NCBI GenBank assembly: GCA_038496445.1
Contig: JALMLS010000173.1
Span: forward strand, 80,822 to 144,821
Origin: Trichosphaerium sp. ATCC 40318
Taxonomy: Eukaryota > Protista > Tubulinea
Length of the DNA stretch: 64,000 nucleotides
Direction of reading: 5' to 3'
The notes under the pieces: model-generated
What the model was told of the DNA's origin: nothing
Database searches by the model: none
The model's input: the letters and a program-made list of their open reading frames with translations, nothing else
Translations under genes and position numbers: made by a program
Part shown: positions 1 to 12,715 of the stretch, one piece after another
How positions within the stretch are numbered: the stretch's first letter is position 1
Layout of the letters: each line of letters opens with the position of its first letter

Positions 1-814
1 AGCTAAGAAGAATATAATGGCACAGAAAAGGAAACAAGCTAAATATTATAATGAAAAAAGAAGAGAGATAGATTACGAACTGGGACAAAAAGTTTGGTTA
101 TACGTACCTTATGTCAGAGAAGGAGAAAAGAAAAAATTGACTCAGAAATGGAAAGGACCTTACGAGATATTAGAAAGGATTGGAAGTGTTAACTACCGGC
201 TGGACATACCTAAAGGAAGCAAATTAAACCCTGTAGTTCATGTGGAGAGGATGAAACCTTTCATTGATTCATACCTAAGGCCTACTGAAGATATTGATGT
301 GGACCTAAGAAATATTTATACAGAGACGGCAGAAAGAGGACTTTCAGAATTAGAATCAAGTGAAGATGGAAGTGGAGAATATATACCTGGACCTGTGATG
401 GATGGAACCAAGTCTATGCGAGATGCTAGAACAATAGCTAATAAGATAAGGGAAGAAAGTAACAAACCACAAAGAATGGAAATCGATGGAGAAGAAGAAA
501 ATAATACAAACCTGCGAAGAAGTAAAAGAGGAAATAAAACCACGAGAACGTCAAGGCTAAAAGAACTGATCCAAAGTACCTACAAGGTAATGGAGAAGTT
601 AGGATTGGACAAATCAAAGGAGGCGCTAAAAGATTTATTGGGAATAGGATCAAGATTTATTAGATCAGGCACCAGGAGTAAGGATTTAGAAAATGAGATT
701 TCGTACCAGGCAGGATGTGGTCTTCTACAGTTGAAAGAATGGGTTGGAGAAATGCTGGATAACTTCGATAATGAATTTAAAGAAGAACAACTACTGGCTA
801 TAAGCGACTGGTAA
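1..814 (+). CDS. pol: pol C-terminus: integrase GPY/F-SH3-like region plus C-terminal helical extension (5' partial)
   Basis: QAKYYNEKRR...GQKVWL...KKLTQKWKGPYEILERIGSVNYRL...VVHVERMKPF is the typical Ty3/Gypsy post-integrase GPY/F module; the frame is open from the window start. Confidence 0.85.
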   Translation, partial: AKKNIMAQKRKQAKYYNEKRREIDYELGQKVWLYVPYVREGEKKKLTQKWKGPYEILERIGSVNYRLDIPKGSKLNPVVHVERMKPFIDSYLRPTEDIDVDLRNIYTETAERGLSELESSEDGSGEYIPGPVMDGTKSMRDARTIANKIREESNKPQRMEIDGEEENNTNLRRSKRGNKTTRTSRLKELIQSTYKVMEKLGLDKSKEALKDLLGIGSRFIRSGTRSKDLENEISYQAGCGLLQLKEWVGEMLDNFDNEFKEEQLLAISDW

Positions 815-1017
815 CAAACGCGTTTAAAGAAAAGCGAAGATTTGTAATTTAATTACGTACCGACGCTAAAACAGGATCGAGGATGGTTATTAAGGCTAAA
901 CGATGCGATAAAAATTATTAACGGTTTTGATTACAAAAATACAGACTATAAACGTACCTGGATCAAAGGAGATGATTTATAAGACGAGGGCGTCTTATCT
1001 GGGGTCCCTGGGAGATA

Positions 1018-1269
1018 TGTAACAGCGGTCAAACCAATTAAATAAATAAATCACGTGGACTTACAATAAGACGACTTGTTATCTTTATCCCTAACCGACC
1101 TTTTAACATAATTAGTGCTTTATAAGTAAACAAAGGACGAAAGTTTGACAAAAAAAAGTTGAACTAAGAACAGAAAATAAACAGACAAACACAAACAATT
1201 GGTTCTTTTTGTCCATGGAAAAGAGTGTGGAACTAAATACTAATAAATAGTACAGCAGTTTTTCTTACA
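1018..1269 (+). repeat. putative 3' LTR of element A (~252 bp)
   Basis: Starts TGTAA immediately after the PPT-like tract and ends TTACA. The partner LTR is outside the window, so the end is inferred. Confidence 0.6.
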
Positions 1270-1574
1270 CCAACAATTGAATTACTCACATGCACTTAGA
1301 GTTGGAGCCAGAAATCGATATCAATTCGCAGCTCAGTGAAAGCTTGGATTCACCACATCTAAAAGAAAAAGTAAAAGAGTTTTATGAAGACAAAGAATTT
1401 CAAGTGCGTGAAACAGCCCATATGCCACCCCACCTTACTTAAATTTGTAGACGGCATTAAAATCGTTCTCAGAAATGAAGGAGGTGTCTGTCGTTTTCAA
1501 AAATATGTTTTCTGGGACTTCCCCGTTTGCTATTGTACATGAAATGTCTAGGGATTTCACTTTTGTTAAAACAA

Positions 1575-1705
1575 ATATAAACTGTTATGGGTTTATTAAC
1601 TCACGTGGGTTTGAAACGGTGGGTTGAGGCAGATCGTGTTTAAATAAGTGAGACAGAAATATCATCTGTCAGATCGGGCAGAGAAATTGGATTTTTTGCG
1701 ACTAA
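1575..1705 (-). repeat. dispersed non-coding repeat, copy 1 (related to 60720-60890)
   Basis: Reverse complement shares AAAAAATCCA.TTTCT..GCC.GATCTG.CAGAT and CC.TTTCAAACCCACGTGA.TTAA.AAA blocks with 60720-60890. Confidence 0.6.
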
Positions 1706-2030
1706 GTCCATAGGCATGTGCAAATACAAGCTAAAAAAAAGAGATTATTGATATCTTGTTGTCAATAATCTGAGGAAAACCTAGCAGTTAGCGGACCAGC
1801 AACAACATAGTCGTATATAGACAGGGTATATAACGTGGACAGTGTTTGCCCTAAACTTGTACAACCAAGTAACCAGAATGTAGAAGCCCAACACGCTTGT
1901 TAAAGGTTTATTTGATAGATATATGTGTACGAGGTGCACACAGAGAGTTAGTTCAGTGTGTCCACATGTCGTTCATCACAGAAAGAAAAGTACAGCCGTA
2001 AGTTTTTTATTATGTTACAAAACGTTTTGA

Positions 2031-3242
2031 TTAAGATTCACCTGTTAGCTGTATAATCGTTAACTCAGGCGGACAGAACAACCTTAAAGGAGGATGAGTG
2101 GCAATTCCTCTACTAGTATATATAAACATATCGTTCCCATCAGGACGTGTAAGCTTATTCAACCCTGAAGCTAATTCCCAGTGCTTTATCTTTCCTGGGT
2201 TGTTCCAAGGTATCATTCTTCTAAGTGTTGTTGGCAGTTGCCTGTGTGCTCTCGTTATAATAGGTACTAGTGGACCAATACTATTAATGATGTAAAAACG
2301 TGATATAGCTACTTATAGGTGTACGTTGGCAAACAGATTTGTCCGCCATGAGTGTGTCCACACAACATGAGGTCGATGCTCCATTTAGAATTAATATCAG
2401 GTGCGCTGTCTTCATGCAACAACTAGTTAGTGCTTGATACTTCGGCGTTTAAATAAACGTACCTGGAGCATGTGATAGAAGTATAGTAGCGTGTGTTTTT
2501 TTCACAGAGTCCAAGTCTTTGAGAGCAACTTCTGGTTTAAAATCTCTAAAGTCTCCTACTCCTAAAGGAAAGTCAGAACGAAATGTACTTCTGGCTAATT
2601 ACTAAGTACCAAAAAGAACCAAGTTAGTATCAGGTATAGGCACAACACTCTTGTTCATGAGTACGTGTATTCCTATATCAGTCAACGCCTTAATTATTCG
2701 CTCAGTGCCTTGTCTATTCTCTAAACAACAGTCAATACATTTGATAATAACAAACCGCAGCACTAATACCACGTGATGAAAATCCTATTTGATGGCATTT
2801 TCTGTAAGCGTACCTTTATAGTCATGGTTTCCTAATACAGCATACACGCCATGTTTCGCTTTAAACTTGCTTAAAAATAACTCACAAAATTCATGAATAG
2901 GTTCAGACCTGCGTTCAACATAGTCACCTAACCCATAAATAAGTTTAGGCACGTGACCTTAGAATAAAACTTATTAAGATACGTACCTGTTAAGACAATG
3001 ATGTCAGGGTCCTGAGCGTTTGTCTGAGTGATGAGTTGGCGTAGTAGAGCGTGTCTCACCCTTGTTGGAAAAGGCCATTTATCATAGTGAAAATCTGTCA
3101 AATGAACCATCTTTACAGGTTTGTTTAGGTTAGGTACGCTTATAGATACGTTCTCTGTGCTTAAGCGTGATGGAAAAACGAGCTGTATCAGATAAACAAT
3201 GAATTCAAAGCATTGAAGCCATATAATCGTAGTTGTACGCAT
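2031..3242 (-). CDS. calcineurin-like metallophosphoesterase (YkuE-like), multi-exon
   Basis: Motifs in order across exons: HLTDFH, DIIVLTGD, VLGNHD, LLSHAP, LCGHTHGGQ, YTSRGIA..PLRLFCPPE; GT-AG introns. Confidence 0.88.
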
Positions 3243-4869
3243 TTTTACGCTGCCAGCTCCTAAATTGGCTGTTTGCTTGTTATCGATATTCGTTGGGTAT
3301 CCCAGGCGCTTGTAACGGAGAAATAAATGAACCGGTGCGGTTGTGGAAGTGTAGATGCTTACTGGACATGGTTTTAAGTTAATCCAGGCTTAATTGTACA
3401 GTCAGCTTTACATTGAAACGTTCACAACATTAAATGAAGCGCTATAGTATTTAAAACTTCTAGATGTAGAATCTGCATATAGCTTTGGTTCACAGTGTAT
3501 TAAACAACAGGATTTTTATTAAAGAGTAGGAGTCTAGGAGGTGCAATGGTAAAAAAAAATTCTTGTTACGTTAACATAATATTAGGCACGTGACCTGTTA
3601 CTTCGCCGACTGACTTCAGGCTACGGTGAACGTAGTTTTATTGGTGATTGTTTTTAAAGGTTCTTTAGCCACTGTCCTAACGTTCATATGATGCTATATT
3701 AGCAAGCTCGTTATGGAATCTGAATGAATTAGCAGCTTGTCCATGGAAATGAGGCTTGTTGTTATCAATGAAAGCCAAAACATCACTCCGCTAAATCTAT
3801 TATTGTAGCTGCATTGCATGAACTGTGGGTGTGAAATGTTGTCCTAAGATAAGTCAGCGATATGATCTTCAAGCTGTTTTCATCAACATACCGCCGCTGG
3901 AAGGAGCCTCCAATGAGTGTCGGTTTACAAAATAGATAAAAGCGTGGCGGCATTTAATTTCTGTCTTCGCACCTGCTGTCATTTCCATGGGTTATTCAAC
4001 GACTGACCGCTGTACCTCACATTGCAGTGAGCTCAACAGTGAAATTACCTTAAGCACATGTTAAGTCACTGATTTAACAAGATGCACATCAACATTGACG
4101 ACACATACCTCACGCGGAGGTACATAAACAACACAACACCAAAACAAAAGCCTAAACTGAAAACCAGGTTGTTTGTCGTGTTTTTAAACTAAATTGCCTA
4201 ACATTATCTTTGAAGCTATCTTGTCTAAACGGTGACAAAGGTATACATATCATTCGCTCGTCAAAAAAAACACGTGTCAATCGTAGTGCCACGAAAAGGT
4301 TTTTAATTTCTTGTGGGGTTTTGCGCTACTTTCGTGGAAACACTAAGTCTTTACCTTGCTCAATTTCTGAGGAATCGAAAGGTGAGTGTCTTTGTGGTGT
4401 ATTTTGAAGAAACTATTAGTAAGGCTCCTAATCACGTTTCGCCAAGTACGATTTGACCTGAAATGACAATAATACTATAGGTTCTAAGTACGCATAGTTG
4501 GTGTTACGTAAGCACCAAGACCATAACTAAATAGAAGATTACGTGAAAAAGTATTTCTTCTGCAGTTTTTGCCAAGTGTCCGAACCTCCATTAATGCTAT
4601 TTTATTTTACCGATTTGAATCACGTGTGCCTTTCCTTTTTGGCATGTAAGCGTAGAAATACATCCATTTCATGTTGACTCCCAAAGCTGTTGAAAAGGCC
4701 AAAGAGTTCAATATTTTAAGCCACATGTAATCTTGATATTCTCGCTAACTCTTGTTCAGGAATCAGATCAAAGAGTAGATGTGCTCGTTATTGGATCTTC
4801 CATGTGAACTTCATTAAAAGTACATTTGTACTTTTAATTGTGAAGCATTCACAAAGTTTCATACACTAT

Positions 4870-5522
4870 CAAAGACAACTGCAACGAATACGCATATGGC
4901 GAGCTAAATGGTGAATTCATATGGCAAACGGAAACCTTAGAACTAGCCACGTACAACAATGGTGAACTGAATGGAGAAGTAAAAGAATGGCATGACAATG
5001 GACAACTTAAATTAATCAACAACTGGCTTGATAATAAGCGTCAAGGTGAATGCATAAAATGGTATGTAAACGGGAATCTTAAGGAAAAGCCTCTTGGCTT
5101 GATAACAAACTACATGGCGAATGCATTGTATGGTATGAAATGGGAATCTTAAGTCACAATGCTTAATCTGACTAACCAACGTGGTGAATTCATTGTATGG
5201 TATGAAAATGGTAACCTTCACCAACAAAGCACTTATCAATGGTAAAATGGATGTAACGTTGAAACAGTGGTATGAGAATGGACAACTTGAGTTACAAGGC
5301 ATGTTTGTTGATGGTAAAGAAGGAGAAATGAAAGCATGGTATGACAATGGACAACTTATATTTGAGAGTATTTGGGCTTCTGGTGAACAAGTAGGAGAGA
5401 TTAAACGATGGAATAAGAACGGAAAACCGAGAGAAGAAGTGAACAAAGAGATGCAGAAGTGGTTTGGTACTTTTCTTCTTCCACCAGCAACCACAACAGA
5501 AAGGACAAAGCAACATAACTGA
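4870..5522 (+). pseudogene. frameshifted MORN-variant (YwqK-like) repeat protein
   Basis: Repeated GE..K.W(Y/H).NG(Q/N)L units (GEVKEWHDNGQL, GECIKWYVNGNL, GEFIVWYENGNL, GEMKAWYDNGQL) spread over several frames; no introns. Confidence 0.75.
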
Positions 5523-5911
5523 TAAGACCTTTACCACTGTTTGTGTAGCCTATAAAGATGAAATAGTTCACTTACTGGACTGGAAACAAGAAATACCAGT
5601 GTGTTCTGCAACAAGGCAATTAAATAATCTAGTCATAGTTTAGAAAATCTAGTCAGTACGATACATGATAGCAATCTGCTAGATTAAGCCTTGTTTTCTC
5701 GGGTTTTAGCTCAGCCCGAATGAGACAGTTGTTGGTTAATGATATATACTTACATGATATACATACTAGTGTTTTTAGTGTTACAGTTGAGAATAAGTGG
5801 CATAGCTCTTAACAGAGGAAATGAGTAGACGAAAATAATTCAACAGTAAGCCACGTGTTTTGTTTGTAAAATATTTTATTTATAAATAGGCAGGAACGAG
5901 TCGCATTCGAT

Positions 5912-8900
5912 TTACCAAGGTATATGATCAGTAACAGGAGCACATCGTTGGTTACCACTGCAGGTAGCTGTGACTATACACTTGTAACCCCAAGTAGCCC
6001 TTAAAACGAATATTAGGAAACGAACTTTTAACATCGGTTGAAAAAAGAACGCACTCAAGGAGCTCAACGCCACCTCTTCTGAATACTGTAGATTCATCTG
6101 GGTAAGTACTATCTTCCATATATCTTAATAATAGACTCGATTTAGATGTATCATAATAATACACCAAAGAGTCTGTCATGTCCCAGACCTTTAACAGTTT
6201 AGTCAAAAACAATCAATAAACAACCTTTTTTTTCTGGCAGTTCCTAAAGACACGTACCTCTTGTGCTGATGAAACTTCAGTGATTGGTACATTATTACCC
6301 CATCTATCACATGATACAGTTACAGTAGTACCTGGTGGGTACTCAACACTATTTACAAGACCCTTATCATTAGAACGATGGAAAACTTGTCCAGTAAAGT
6401 GCAGGACTTTCGGTGTCCCATCTTTGTACCACAAATGCCATCCAATGCCGTGCTCTAGAGGACCAGCAACACCTATTAAATACGTTAATTATATGGACAG
6501 GAGTTTGTAAACTTGTTTTAATAAGTAACAAAATACCTGTGTTAGGAGTAATCACTACACTTCTTGGTGTGTTTATTTTTGGTCCAAAAAGTGTTGTTTT
6601 TCCAATATGATACTTAGTCCCTATTAGTGAGTTTTGAGATTCAATACAAAGCCGCGGTTGTAGAAGAAATAAAAAACTGTGAAAAGAAGAAGACAACGGC
6701 GAATGTTTGGCCAGATTAATTGTTTTCAGAGAAAAAAGTGATAAAATAACTTTTTAACCACTGGTTGCTTCGGTCGCTTCTGCTACCATTCTCTTTGTTT
6801 TAAATACCTTCGTCACCGCGCTCGTCTATGACTTGAAAGCTTCCATATAGCCCTGGAGACGAAATATCCATGTAGCCAACTCGTCTTACATCAGAGCTAT
6901 CCTCACAATACCATAACTTTAAAACAGTATGGAAAGTACAATCATCTCCAAAGTTCCACCAATCATTGGTGAATCCTGAAGATGTGCCCCATATAGTACG
7001 CTTATAAAATGATTAATTTACTGAAAAGATGGCAATGAATACGTACAACACCGTTACCAATGACAGTACCATCAAAGTCAACGAGATTCCAAAAACGCCA
7101 AGAACCTGTGTTTCTCTGTTCTGTAACCCTTGGATGTACACGATATTGTACAGGTATGTTATCGAACTGCATGTTAATCTGTGCACTGATACCCTAATAT
7201 TTATATCAATAAAAAGAATACAGAAATCAACACAAGCGCAGCTGGCAGCACAACAATAAAAAAGCATATTTTAGCTCGAACAAAATGAAAAAAATAACTT
7301 GCCTGCGGTTTAAAAAAGTCACTATGTGTAAGGGTATCGATAACATATCCAACTACATCTGGTTTCCTATTAACAAAATATAAGTAATTGTTTTAAGAGC
7401 ACATAATGTGGCACAAGGAAGATACTGTTTGAACAGCAAAAAAGAAAGCAGAAAAAAGCAGAAGAAAAAAAGATGCTTTCGGCATGTACCTTGGATTCAC
7501 GCCATAATTCTTTACAAGAACGTCAACTAGTATGACAGAAGAAAAAGTATCATAGTACTGAAAACCAAGATTAGTTTTAGCCCATTCACTATAAACAGCA
7601 GCATTGACATTATCTGTATACTGCTGTAAAATAACATGTTGCATAAGACCTGCACCAAATAACGTAGCAGCTAAAAAGATACTCATCAGTACACGTTCCA
7701 AGCATATACACAAATAAAATGGATGATAATAAAGCAAGACAAGCCATAATAGAGGTTGCTGCTCCCAACTCAAACCGAAAACAGAAAAAAACTGTTTGTG
7801 AAGAGGCAAAAAAAAAAGTACTCCGTACATCGTTCAACATCGTATACTTCATAATTGGTAACCTCAGGCTTATGTCCCCAATGGTTAATACCAACACGAC
7901 TAGCCCAAACTCTTGTATTATTAAAATACATTGATACAGTCTCGCCATTCAAATCCTTTGATATTCTCTCATGACGACCAGTATCATACTTTAATGTATC
8001 TGAAACTTGTGATGTATATTCTAGTTTACCTCCAACATATATACAAGCACCAAGGTCCCAGTATAACCCACCAGAGTGACACTCATTACCATCAAATAAT
8101 TTTAAAGGTCTCTCTGATGGTACAACCGGAGAATTCCTGTGGTTTCCGATTGGTTTTGCAAAATTAGGAAAAGTGAAACCTGCAAAACCACCAGAAGCTG
8201 TGTTACCGATTATTGTATTCCAAGCATTTGGAATATAAAAGGCTGAAGCTACACAGTCTGCTGGTTGTATACGGTTTATATTACCAGTTATTACTGCACC
8301 ACCTTGTCCTGCTCCAAGGTTTATTTCTCCTTGAGATTCCTATGACATAAAGTAAGGAAAGAAGTGCCAAGGGATTTTTTTGGTTTTTTCGAGAATTTCA
8401 AAGACGTCAAGAAAGAAATACTTATTGCTTCCAAAATATAATAATATAGTGCTAGTACGATTGGATTAAAGATAGTTGTGCTTAATATTTATCGCTTTTC
8501 CAAATAGTTCAAGTTTCAAGCGGTGTAGTTTCGGATTTTTGGAAATGTTATGTATAAGAAAACGTACAGGTGGATTTATGAGACGTATGAAAGCGCCCAT
8601 GTTGTATGATAGCGTATTATTCTCTTCTACACCATCTTCAAGGTAGTAACAATGTCCATATGTATCATAAGCAACATTTTCAGTTACCAATACATTATGG
8701 GAGCCTTACAAAAGATATTAGAAGTATACTAAAAAGAAATAATAAAAAAAATTATCTCACCATGCAAGGTCATACACCTAAAGTACGAGAAAGTAATAGC
8801 GTTATCAGAGAAGAAACTATTCTCGGTCTGACCAGCTAAATGCCTAATTAAAAGGGTGAGTAACAGAAGAATGAACTTAGAAAAACTAGAAAAACTTACA

Positions 8901-11900
8901 TGTGGAATGGGTATCTTCCCAAGTGATTCAACTGACCCATACGAATAGTTCTTACACCTGATATACGCGCTTCATTACTCACTAATACGTGACCACCATA
9001 TTGATCATCATGAGTGGAATTATGAGTCTGTAGTACGATCTGTCTAGAGAGAAGGCCGACCTAATATTTTGTTTAATTTCTTGACAGCTTGTCTTCCAAG
9101 AAAAACCACAGTCAACTAATTTGACACTAACGTACCTCGGCCTGATACTCTACACCAGCGTAGTGATAGAAAGATAATGGTTTATCAATGACTAGCTTAT
9201 TGTCTATCACTGAAACTATAGTTCTTACTTCGTTCTCATGATGTTGTTCTCTATCAATATATATTGACGTTACAAATACTATTTCTTGGCCAACTTCCCA
9301 GTTAACATTATCTCTAAGTAGAATCTTTGTGTCTCCTGGATAAACTAGAAAAGATGTCAGAATAGAAGTCTAAGAAGCAAAAGAACTAGAAATTTACAAA
9401 AGATAAGCGAGTTTTCAAAGAACATCACGTTTAAACCACGTGTGCACTTGTAGTAGTTCCCTCAAGGCGAGGCAAAAGAGATATGATAAATGAGTTAAAT
9501 TGAGGAGTTATGCAAAGGGGTTAGTTAAGTGAGTTTTTTTTCTTTGCTGATTTTTTTGCGTAAAAGTTGTAGAAGGCTGAGTGTTTACTATTAAAAAAAG
9601 GTACGTACCTGTACGTCCAAGACGAGTCCAAGTAGGATAATATCTCTTTCCATGAATATCAAGTTCACCGTCACCAAACACAGCAATACCTTTACTAAAC
9701 AGGGAGTTATTAAGAAAACTGACTGTTTTGCTAAGAAAAAAAACGAAAAGATCTTGTCTAGTATGCTCGTCTTCAGCGTACGTTATTGTATCCTGCTCAA
9801 ATTCTGATGATGGTTTTGCGCCATGGAAGATAATATTGATTTTTGACTCAAGCCTGCAAGTAGGACTACCAATCCTAAGGCGACCATATACAATTACTTT
9901 CTTAACATCAAGTTGAATTGGTTCATCTTTGAATATAAGTTCAGAAGTTTCTGGTACTGTAATAGACACGTATTGTTCTCCAGGAACGAAAGTATTTCCA
10001 TTAACAAGAACCTGAAGTAGGAGAAGAAAAATCAATAAGAAACTCCTGTTGAGTTATAGCCCTTAAAAAGAAAAGGACTTACTTTGGCGTTCTGTGGTAG
10101 TGTGATTTCTTGATTAAACGTTGGTACACTACCACCCCAAGTGGATGAATCTTGCCACAAACTAAGTCCAGATTCATCATGAGGACAATTTGATTGTTGG
10201 AAATCAGAAGCAGGAGGTTGAGGTCTAGACACAAAGTTAATAAAAAACATAAACAAGTTTATCAAAAAAAATACTTACGCCGTTCTCCTTTCAATACGTC
10301 TCTCATATAATGGTAGTAAATTAGTAATATAAGGCGTCTCTGGTGTTATGATATGCATATTCCTCATGACAAACTTTGTATTTTGAATGACAGCAGGTGA
10401 AGACATAATAAGTCCAAAATAAGAAAGACCAGTATCTTTTGCTAAAGTAAACTTCAAAGTCTTTGTTTCCCACTCTTCATTGCTATGGTTACCTGGTACA
10501 GTACCAAGAACTATGAACTAAGTTAGACCATTGTATAACTAATGCGTAGTACCTGTTTCGAACCAAATATCTGACTTTGAAACGTACATCTCGTAATCAT
10601 AAATAGGTTCAAAAGCGGTTGATTTTCTCAAGAAGAAAGTAACATTATTGATGTGTGAATGCTTCACGAGCAAGATCAATACCTTTGTAGGTATCATGCT
10701 AAACCGTAAAATTAGTTAATTTTGAAAACAAAAAAGGTGATAAAAATAGGATTAGACTCTGTACCTTTTGCACATACGTTGCTGCCTCATTATAAGCAGT
10801 ATTTTCGAAATTGATAAGTACATCACCATCTTGTTCACTCTCAACAGCAGTACCCATCTGTGACTGCCAAGGAAATCCAGATATTGGCATTACTTGACTT
10901 GGTTGAACACCATCAATCACTGGAGCTTCAGTTGGAGGAGCCATGGTTGGAGGCGGACTGGTAGTTGGTGAATTCGTTGATGAAGCCGTAGGTGGGTCGG
11001 TGGCAAGTCGCTCTAAGGACAGGACTGCGTCATCAATATAAAAGTTAACTCCTTTAAAAAAGCTGAGTTAGCGGAGCAATACAAAAAGAGCCAAAATCCG
11101 GTACCTGCGTTTGGACCTTCAATGAAGATTCGTAGCTCTTTATACTGTTCTACAGGTAACATAATATACTCTCCTGATAGTTTAATCCACTCCATACCAT
11201 TAAAAGTGCCTTCTTGAAGCGAAGGCCATAATGGTTGATCGTCTTGTAGAGTTACTCTAAAAAAACAGTTTCAAAAAAGTAATCTTAACTTTTGAGAACT
11301 ATAAAGCCGTACGCTAAACCTGCTTTGAGTCTATGCATAGCAGGTGCATCAACATGTACGTATACTTCAAACTTAAAAGTATCTCCAGCCGTAGTACCCT
11401 CTGATTTTGCTATAGGCAGCAAATCAAAACCAATACCATGCCAGTAGTCAGAATTCCTATTTTTTCAAAAATCAGCGAGATTTTCAGTTGTTACGAGATT
11501 AATAGCGATGTTTCAACTCAAACGCTGTCAAGCTGTTACGTAATGTAGTAATTCGCTCAGGTAATGTATCTTGAAAGGTACATGATAAAGCCAAAAACAG
11601 ATACTGAGTACAAAACCGGAAGGTGATTTCGTCGCGTTTTTCTCAATTTCTGAACATTAAACAACATCCACAAAGCGTTTATATTGATAGAAATGATACT
11701 TGACGCTAATTCAATAGAATTATTACGTACGCAGGTCGAGTTATTTTGACAGAATAGTCACCACTCCTTGTCATATTCGTAGTTGCCTCTATGTTAGTTG
11801 TAGGAGAACCAATGGCATACCAGCCCGTAATAACGTTGTTTTCAAAGTCTACATAATATTTGAGCTCAAATGACAAAGCATTTAGTTTGACGCGTTGTTA

Positions 11901-12117
11901 CTTCACATTGGGGCAATTGAGCGCGTGTTAACGTACCTCCATTAATTAAATTATTTACACAAGCTGTAGATGTATCTCCTGCGGTACACGTTGTAGTAGT
12001 GGTACCTGTGGGAGAGTTTGAATCTCTCGATAATACAACACCAAGCGTTGTTCCCACAATTACAACAGAAAACACCGCTGCCGCCGCTATGATTATGTAC
12101 CAGTAGCGCGGTGGCAT
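5912..12117 (-). CDS. G8-domain parallel beta-helix protein (TMEM2/CEMIP/fibrocystin-like) with N-terminal TM anchor and CBM-like inserts, multi-exon
   Basis: N-terminal TM (YIIIAAAAVFSVVIVGTTLGVVL); G8 motifs (WQDSSTWGGSVP; GRLRIGSPTCRL...GELDIHGK..PTWTRL); beta-helix motifs (ENVAYDTYGHCYYLEDGVEENNT). Last exon ends ...VTDHIPW*. The 5' end is uncertain. Confidence 0.85.
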
Positions 12118-12715
12118 TTCAGGACTCTGATGAATTGTAGAACCAATTGACGTTTGTGGACTGTTGATCGAACTTCTCTGTGGACTTACTGGTGATCACC
12201 ATAGCTAGAGTGCCGTAAAATCGCACTGTCGCAGAATTCTGCATGGCAACAACAAAATCGTTGTAAAACATGTAAACCCTTTGCGCGGTGTGTCCTCATT
12301 GGCGACAAACGTATAGGCCTGTAGCTTTTATGAAATTGGTGACGGGTAGACACTACTGCCATAAAGGCTCTGAGGAAGCTCCCCTTGCGTTCCGAAACGT
12401 TGTTAGTGCGGTACCGTGTTACACTAGCGTATCAAAACAAACGCCAATAGTTTAGACATACAAAACAGAGGGATACAGTCTAAAACGCTAAATTCTGGTA
12501 TAAAATGACCGTTTGATAGAAAGAAACGAATTTAGCATGTTGTCGTTATTAGGAGTTTCTGGTTTTAAGTATTAATAGCAACACTAACGTGTTACAATCT
12601 TTCGTAAGTTATTATGTATTCCTTCCGGCCATTTTTGTACGAAAACAGATTTTGTCGTCCTTAACTTCATGAAGTTTGAAAACCAATTTGAATAACGTAT
12701 GTGGCAATAACAAAC

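Larger units (their letters stand above)
1..1269 (+). mobile_element. 3' end of a Ty3/Gypsy LTR retrotransposon (element A), truncated by the window start
   Basis: Integrase C-terminal ORF, then a purine-rich tract (GGGAGATA) directly before a TGTAA...TTACA-bounded segment at 1018-1269; sense strand strongly A-rich. Confidence 0.8.

Noticed and set aside
1300-1630. Possible plus-strand exons right after element A's LTR
   Set aside because: Splice-like sites exist but there is no recognisable product, and the 5' part would lie outside the window.
7013-7948. Apparent multi-TM ORFs
   Set aside because: These are read-through of T-rich introns within the G8 gene; the flanking exons continue the beta-helix protein.
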